Assembly: GCF_035594765.1 (NCBI RefSeq)
Contig: NC_085846.1
Location: 57,461,190 to 57,525,189, forward strand
Origin: Anolis carolinensis
Lineage: Eukaryota
DNA: 64,000 nt
Direction of reading: 5' to 3'
The position numbers and the translations under genes were made by a program. Of the stretch, positions 51,801 to 60,990 are shown one piece after another. Positions within the stretch are counted from its first letter, which is position 1. Each line of letters starts with the position of its first letter. The notes under the pieces are model-generated. The model did no database searches. It had not been told where the DNA came from and saw nothing but the letters and a program-made list of their open reading frames with translations.

Positions 51801-54609
51801 AATACCACCAAACTATGCCACAGCAACGTGTGGCTGGGCACAGCTAGTATTCTATATGGGAAAGCACCATAATACAAATTCTTTCCCACTCAATTATTTG
51901 TAAAATCAGTGACTGGCTTGACATGTTTCAAGTTATTTTTATATATGTTTAAGTTTAAGTGTACTAACTCATAATTATCTGGCATAAGGATCTGTTCTAT
52001 TCAAATGCAAAGATGATATACATGAATAAAGAAAAGTTACTTTGTTCTAATATGGTTGTTACATAAAAAACCCATGCCGATTATCTCAGAATTGTGACAA
52101 TGAAGTTACTGGCTCTCATAAAAAGTCAATTTGTAGTGGAAAATGGTTGAGGGCTATGTACAAACTGATAGAGTGAAAGACTGAATTATTTTCAGATAAT
52201 AATCAATAGACCTAGAATAACCTTTTTAAATTTGAAAAACAACCCTATAATACAAAGAGCAGCTTACAGTCGCCTTACTTTTGTTTGTGTATATGGAAAT
52301 TGTGTTTAAGTCTACAAATTTTGGCTCAGATTAACAGCCAATGATTATTTTCTACTCCCTAGCTGTGACACCTATTTCTACCATGATCCTGCAATAATTA
52401 TTATGTTGCTGCAAAAGCTTTTTCATTCAGGCAAAACCCATATCTCTGTGCTAGATTTGTTTACTAGACGTGCCTCAACCCAAGCAATTTGGTGCTGCTC
52501 GTCCTAAGCAATTTGTCAAGCTTCTCCTGTATCTCTCTACTGAGGATAAATGGTAACAACAGACCTAGCCTTATCGGTCAAGGGAAAGGACACTTTTTGG
52601 AGTTGGAGAAGACAAAGACCATGGCATCTACAGATGAGTGCCTGTATTTTACCATCATGGTTTTATACACATGCTCACCTAAGGTCTATACAAAACAGTC
52701 CTGCCTGCTGGCATCTGTGCATATAGTGTAAATATCTGCAATAACAAAGATATTGCTCTAATAATATTGTATACAAAGAATGGTATGAAACTCCAGCCAT
52801 GCAACATCACAGACAAGATGCCTTGCTATTTTGTGAAAGCTTATGCCATATGCACAAATGTCAGGGGCATGCCTACTTGTTATATGCAGTGTAGGCATAG
52901 TTACTCAGTATGGTTCACTTCCCCCAATGTGAATTGGACAAGTCTCAAAGTAAAATTACTAAACAAGGCTTGAATAATTTGTACCTATTACCCTATAATA
53001 GTTAAAAAAGAAATTTCTGGAAAGTAAAAAATTAGGAATTAATGAGGTTCTCTGATGATCAAATTCCTGATTCAGACAGACTTAAAATTGTGAAGAATGC
53101 GAAATATAATGATTAAGGCAGAAAAATAACATAAAAACAATAATTAAAGCAGCAAACAATTGCCCCAAAATCTTTTAGGATATCTCTCAATTAGATGTAA
53201 TAATAATATAAAACAGAGACAGAAAGGAAAATGGTCATGTCTAAAGCCAACTTATTTGCGAAATATAATAATTTTGCTTCTGTCCAGTGTATGCTAAATA
53301 CAGTTTACAAATTATACTTAAAATAACTACCATCTATCTATAATTAGCTAAATTAATTCTAACCAACTTTTTAGACATGCCATTTGGGTTCAATCCATTG
53401 TGATTGCCAACAAAGGCTCTTATTCTAGTATTTAGCTCAGTGATTCACAAACTGTGTGCCCAGGCACTGTGAGGCACATCAAGGAACCCAAAGGAGAACC
53501 ATAGAAAATTTAATCTGCATTCCTTTTTTCAATTGGTTTAAAACCTTGGCATTTCAAGTTAAAGTGCAAGAAGGAGCAAACCTATCTTTGCCCAAGAAAC
53601 TAGAGAGTGGTTGCCACACAGAATAGATTACACTAGGCTTGATAAACTGATCAACATAGCACAATAAATCCATGTGTGAGTTTATGCTAGGCTGAGCCAT
53701 ATATCACCACCATCCCTAAACAGCTCCTCATAGAGTCAGTTCTTTCTTCATGGAAGGCAGACAGGAACACAGGAGTGTCTGGCTATGTTCCCACAGCAAA
53801 ATGTGGAATGATTACAATTAAGACCTCTAAAGGACCCTGCCTATCTTTTCATAACTGGCTATAGGAAGAATTATCAGTGATCCTGTCAGCTGTCCATTAA
53901 GTAGGGGATGGTTCTTTTAGAGGCTGTTCAGAAAGCTGAAAGGTTGGTATTACATACAGATTAAAAGAACACCAACCCTCGCAGTACACCCCAAAAAGAC
54001 ATAAGCATGTGTAAGAAAAACTTATGTATGTATGTATGCAAGAGGATGCCAGGGTGCACATAAAGGCAGCTTTGATTTTTTCATTATTAAAGCATTTATT
54101 ATTTCTTTAAAATAATTAATAAGAAATAAATGTCAAAACCTGCTGAAAAACTTTTCCAAACTCTCTTCATCTAAACGTTTTTCCCAGATGTCTTAATACA
54201 GGGGTCCCCAAACTAAGGCCCGGGGGCCGGATGCGGCCCTCCAAGGTCATTTACCTAGCCCCTGCCCTTAGTTTTATAATATAATGTTTTATATCAGTTT
54301 TAATCATATAATATATTGATAATAATATTATCATGTTATAAAATATAATACTACTAATAATACCATATAATAATATTAATTATATGTTATATATTACATA
54401 TAACATTACAGCATAGTGGTATAGTTCAATATGACGATATATAATGCTAATATTGTGCTATGCTAATAATATAATGTATTGTATGTACATACAGCTGCTT
54501 TGAGTCCCCTTCGGGGTGAGAAGGGCGGGATATAAATGTATTAAATAAATGAATAAATAAATAATTTTTGACTTGGGCTCGCCCAAAGTCTGATATGACT
54601 TGAAGGCAC

Positions 54610-54650
<41 letters not shown>

Positions 54651-57600
54651 CCTAATTAACTTGACTATCTCATTGGCCAGAAGCAGGCCCACACTTCCCA
54701 TTGAAATCCTGATAGGCTTATGTTGGTTAAAATTGTTTTCATTTTTAAATATTGTATTGTTCTTTCATTGTTGTTGTTGTTGTTTTGCATTACAAATAAG
54801 GCATTTGCAGTGTGCATAGGAATTTGTTGGGTTTTTTTCCCTTTCAAATGATAATTCAGCCCCTCAACGGTCTGAAGGATTGTGGACCGGCCCTCTGCTT
54901 TAAATGTTTGAGGACCCCTGTCTTAATACTTCCATTTTCCTACATTTCTCCTACCAAGAAATTGCCTGGACAACTGCCTTGAAAATACTAGAGTTACCCA
55001 TATTTTCCAGAACAGTTTAAACTATTTCCCTTATTAGTGCAAATTAGATAGTATGTTAATTTTGTGAAATAATACTCCTTGTTGTGAGGTTACTGAAAGG
55101 ATGCGGGCAGGATAGGGATGTACTGGGAAAAACTGCAAGTTATTTTTGTTATAGTTGTACAATTGTACATAATTGCTACAATTGAGGAAACTTCAGGGGC
55201 TCCTTTCACCCTCATTTTTACACCTATTGGGGTGAAACTTGCTACAATGGTAGAACCACTTTTAGCCCACCAAGTTTCAGAACATTTCACATCCACGGAT
55301 TTTTATATAAACATTTTTTAAAAAATAACAACAGCTATCTCCTTGAATTTTCTACACAATGACACAAGATAATAGGGGATCATTCCCCCCAACTTTCAAA
55401 AATATTCATACATCTACTGATTTTAGAGAATTGTTTTTAAGAATTCTGGAAAATGTAGTTTAGGGCATGGCCTTTATCTGCTATAGGGCTTCTCACTTTC
55501 CCAAACTACATTTCCCTGAATATTGTGCTTTCTTTTCCAGAGAATCTGCTTTCTCCTGTTTTTCCTCTCCTAATGGTGAGAGGACAGGCAGCCTTTCTGG
55601 CTTTGATTTGCTTCCTTGCGCAGAAAATAAAACTGACTTTTGGGGGCTTCTGAGATTTACAAAATGCAAATGAAAAAGTACTGAGTAAGTTTAGATTCTT
55701 ACGTTTTTGGCATGGGCCATGCCCACCTGTCAAGTATTGCCTCGTAAATATGAATTTAACAAATGTAATACGACTTACGAAAACTAATGAAAAATGCACA
55801 TCTCTACTTAGTACTATTCATTTCAATGGGTTTGCCTTAGATTGGTTATCACTGGATTTCAAATAAATTTAGGAGGAAGCAAGACACAATCCACATTCTA
55901 GCACAGGGGTCCTCAAACTTTTAAAGCAAAGGGCCGGCCTACAATCCTTCAGACTGTTGAGGGGCCGAATTATCATTTGAAAAAAAATACGAACAAATTC
56001 CTATGCACACTGCACATGTCTTATTTGTAGTGCAAAACAACAACAACAATGAAAGAACAATAAAATATTTTAAAATGAAAACAATTTTAACCAACATAAA
56101 CCTATCAGGCCAATGAGATAGTCAAGTTAATTAGGGTTGTTGTTGTTGTTGTTGTTGTTGTTGTGTGCCTTCAAGTCAAGTGGGCGAGCCTAAGTCTAAA
56201 ATTATTTATTTATTCATTTACTACACTTATTTATTACATTTATATCCTGCTCTTCTCACCCCGAAGGAAACTCAGAGCAGCTGTATATACATACAATATA
56301 TTATATTATTAGCATAGCACAATATTAGCATTATATCTTACTATATTGAACTATACTGTAATATTATATTTAATATATAACATGTAATTAATATTATTAT
56401 ATGATATTATTATTAGTATTACATTGCATAACATGATAATATTATCAATATCATCTATATATATAAAAGAGTGATGGCATCACGGCGATGGACAAAACAA
56501 CAAATCTACAGCCCCCCCAAACTCGAAAATTGGCAACGCAATCCATCATCCCCGCCTCCAGTAAGATACAACAAATTTACACATAAAACACTATCACAAC
56601 ACCAAAAAATGCCAAAACTAAGTACGCATGCGCAAAAACACCATGCTTCAAACCTTTATGGCGCTCGCGCGGCTCCAGTAAGATTTATAGGACAAACACA
56701 ATCACAGGGCCACAAACGGCCAAAAACTGCAACAGGCGATGTGCGCCTGCGCGCACCCCCCATCCCTTCCCGCGCGCGCACACACACACCTCGCCTCAGA
56801 GCTGAAGGAAGGAAGGCAGGAAGGCTGATTCCTTGCTGGGCGCGGGATGGAGGAGGCCGCGCTGGGAGGCGTGCGGGCCTCACGTCGCTCTCTGCCCTCT
56901 CCCCCTCAATGTCCTCCCCCCTCAGGGCCCATGGAGGGCCCCGGTTGCCGTTCAGGCCCCCTCCTCCCGCCCCTCTCCCCTCCCCCCAATGCGAGGAAGG
57001 CCCCGCGGAGCCCCCCCCGCCTCACCCTCTCTCCTCCTCCTCCCTTCTCGGTTCTTCTCGGAGGTCTTCAAGCTCTTCAAGGTGAGGGGGGAAGAGGAGG
57101 GCACGGCCCTCGAGCAGGCCTGGACCTCCCCTCGAGTTGTTTGGGGCGCCAACCCCCGCCCTTCCCGGCCTCAGGGCCCTTCCTTTTCCCCCTCACCCGG
57201 TTAAACGGCTGATGGGGAAAAGGAAAGAGCCTCAGGCCAGGAAGGGTGGAAGTTGGCGCCCAAAACAAGTCAAGGGAAGGCCCAAGTTGGCCCAGGCTGA
57301 GCTTCCCCCTTTTCTGTTGTTGTTATTGTTGTTGTTGTTCTCACCCACAAATGACAACCCCTCCAATGCCTCAGAAGCCCCCCTTTTTCCCCTCTCAAAC
57401 CCTATCGCCCTCACCTTTCCCTTCCCTGTAATAATTATTAATATAATAACTGATCATCAGTTAAGAATGTAATAATCACCAATAATAATACTAATTTATT
57501 ATTAGTATAATACTGATAATCATTCGAGAACATAATAATTCATAATAATAGTCAGTTCTTATTATTATAACACTGACAATCATTCAACAATGTATTAACA

Positions 57601-58661
57601 AATCGTAATAATAGAAAATTATTTTTATTATTATAGTAATAATCATTCACAAATTAATAATTATTATTATAACATTGATAATCATTCAACAATATAATAA
57701 CAACTAATAATAAGTAGTTATTATTTTTATCACAATGATAATCATTCAAGACTATAATAATTATTATTGTTATAACAGAAGGCGCCTCATATAATCCACT
57801 TCTAAACAAATAATATCACATTATAAATATACACTAGAATCTCACTTATCCAACATAAACAAGCCGGCAGAACGTTGCATAAATAAATATGTTGGATAAT
57901 AAGAAGGGATTCAGGAAAACCAATTACACATCGAATTAGGTCATCATTATACAAATTAAACACCAAAACATCATGTTATACAACAAATTTGACACAAAAA
58001 GTAGTTCCATGCGCAGTAATGCTATGTAGTAATTACTGTATTTGCAAATTTACCACCAAAATATCACAATACATTAAAAACACTCACTCCAAAAACATTG
58101 ACTATTAAAAGGCAGACTCCATTGCATAATCCAGACCATTGCATAAACGAATGTTGGGTGAGATTCTACTGTAATATGAAATAATTACTGTGGTACAATA
58201 ATACACAACAATATCATCTCAGGACAGTAAATAAAGATCAACACTCTAAAAACACAGCTATTCCATCCAGGAAACAATCAGGGCCATCTAACACCTCCCA
58301 CCAAAGGATTCCCCCCTTCACACAGGAAACCACCCACACTTTGAACCTACAAGGCCATTCCGTACTCATCACTCTCTCATCTCAGCACAGTAAATAAACA
58401 ACAACAGTTTGAAAACACACAAATTCCATCCAGGAAACAATCAGGACCACCTAGCACCTCCCAACAAAGCATTCCCCCCCTCTAACACACGGAACCACCC
58501 AAGCTTTGAAACTACAAGGCCATTCCGTACTCTGGGGCCAATTTGCAATATATTAATATATATAATAATACAATACATATATAATACAATACATTGTATA
58601 TACATATAATACTGCTAATAATATTATAATACACTACAATATAATACTAATAACAAAACAA

Positions 58662-58705
<44 letters not shown>

Positions 58706-60918
58706 CTACTAATATTGTGAAATAGTCGTATATGTTATAGCGTAATATCCTATCATATGTCTTTAATGTAATAAATGAATAAATAATACTGTATAATTTT
58801 TGTTGACGGTCACAACAAAAATAAAACCCAATGTAGATTGACCAACATCACTAAAAAAAAGCCACAGCAACGCGTGGCCGGGCACAGCTAGTATGTATAT
58901 ATATTATATTATTAAAACTGATTTATTTATTTCGTGTCAAAAGCATTGGTACAGCAAATACATTTCAAATAATGGAAATAAAATAGAAAAGAAAAGAAAT
59001 CACAAGCAACTAAATAGTTTTGGACCAAAACTGATATAAAAATATTATATTATAAATGAGGGCGGGGGCCAGGTAAATGACCTTGGAGGGCCGCATCCGG
59101 CCCCCGGGCCTTAGTTTGGGGACCCCTGTTCTAGCATGTTAGAGGCAGCATAACCTCTAGGCAATTCATAAATGGGCATATCTAATCAATACTCTTCAAT
59201 TCCCACAAAGTGGAGGATTAAGTAGCAATTCCCCCCTCTAAACTACTGGAAGTAGTTTGATATCATCTGAAAAGTTTCAAAGAGCAGGATTCCATGATTC
59301 TTCCTTATCTGTTTTATAGATTATAATTGTAATTCCAACCAGTTATCTTCACAATAAAATGTTATGCTCTTCAAAAATCTTTTGAGATTTCTAAAAATAG
59401 ATGGTAGAACCCTAAGTGTTAATATCAAAAGATACTTTCAATAAAGGTGCTTCAAAACTAAATATGTGACTCTAATCACAGGTCTCACATAATATTTGCA
59501 ATCTCTGCACTTTCCACACATTAAATTTCAAAAGTATTAAAAAGGTTACTAATTTCAGTGCCATGATTTAAAACTATTGTGGCCCATTGATTGCACAAAT
59601 AGATGAATAAGCAACAGTGACAACAAATGCAGATTAAAACATAATACAGAACAATGCAGCGTAGAATGTTTCAAGCTAGGTTTCATAATCTTTCCCACAG
59701 TAGCTTCAACCCATGCTCTGCAAAACTTATAACTTAGACAGAAACCCAACAATAACAAAGAACCTGGCCACCAAAAACAAAAAAAGCTTTGACACTCCTG
59801 AGTTACTACTTCTATGCTTAACTTGCAGTCAACATAACTGCTCCGCAGACACATTTGCCTCATTTATAGCAAATAAAATGTTTCATGCATAAATACAGCA
59901 CATAAATAATGCACTTGCCAGACAGGAGCTCTCTGACATACACTTCAGATTTTTTTGTACCACCAGTATTTCGCTATACACTCATGTATAAGTCTATTAA
60001 TTTTAGTCAAAAAATCAACCCAAAAAACCTCAGCTGTGTTATTAATGAGTCAAAGTAAGTACTGAACTTTAAACCTTATAAAAAATGAACCATCATCTTC
60101 TCTGAGCAGAGCGGTGAAAGGAGAGTGCTTAATCTATACTGGGAAAAACTAAAAGAAGCACCAACTTCCCCTTATTGTCTCTGCCACAACACTGCTTTTG
60201 GCTTTTTTGAATGCCTGAGCCGGGAAATGGAGGCAGTGAGTAGGGGCTGCTCCCCCCACCTCCAAGTTGGCATTGGTGCTCTCCCCTATTCGTGGAATGA
60301 CCCTCGATTTATCCACAGGTCATATAAAAATCCAGAATTTTGTCCTCAAAACCTGCCCTTGACATGTATACATGAGTATATATGAGTACATGAGTATATG
60401 AGTATATATGGTAGATAATATTCCAAGCATGTATGAAAACACCAGTTTTAGTATTGCAAACTGTAAAAAAATCCACTAGCAGATAGGATTTCAACTAAGT
60501 GGAAGTAGATTTTAGAAAAAAAAATAAAGGAATGCAGCTACACAACTACAGAGCCAGTCTGACAATATGCAGCTTTGCCTTGTAAAATCCTGAAACACTC
60601 TGTTCCTCTTTGGCTCTGTTAATGAGGGAAATGTTAGACTACCATTGCATGCCTCTTTCAATGCTTTAGTAAAAGAAACAAAAATGCAGGAAGTTTACAC
60701 CCTAACCAGTGCAGCCTAAACAAATGAGCCAAATAAAAAACACTTCAGCTTTTGAATGAATTTAAATTAACAGTCCCCCCATCTTCAGAAAATAAAGCAG
60801 CCATCTAGGCAACACATAATGAAAGCAGTAAAAGTGCCAAAGATTAATTCTTGGCAATTCTGGATTCAATATTTCATGCATCTTTTATGAGTGCCAGTTT
60901 CATAAGGATACTTATTGA

Positions 60919-60990
<72 letters not shown>

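Larger units (their letters stand above)
56454..58891 (+). mobile_element. Non-autonomous Helitron carrying a CpG-island/first-exon fragment
   Basis: A|TCTATATATATAAAAG 5' end; GCCAC/GTGGC hairpin plus CTAG|T 3' end. Removing it restores the host MITE (caatatca|tatgtatata) with no TSD. Confidence 0.9.
55904..59128 (-). mobile_element. hAT-type MITE (family B), reverse, split by a Helitron and a short retroposon tail
   Basis: TIRs and 8-bp TSD TTCTAGCA at 55896-55903 and 59129-59136. Confidence 0.9.

Noticed and set aside
56471-57472. Long overlapping ORFs (204 aa and others) and a CpG island that could be read as the SEPT7 promoter or a nested gene
   Set aside because: They lie between SEPT7 coding exons and within Helitron termini. 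ORF length reflects GC richness.
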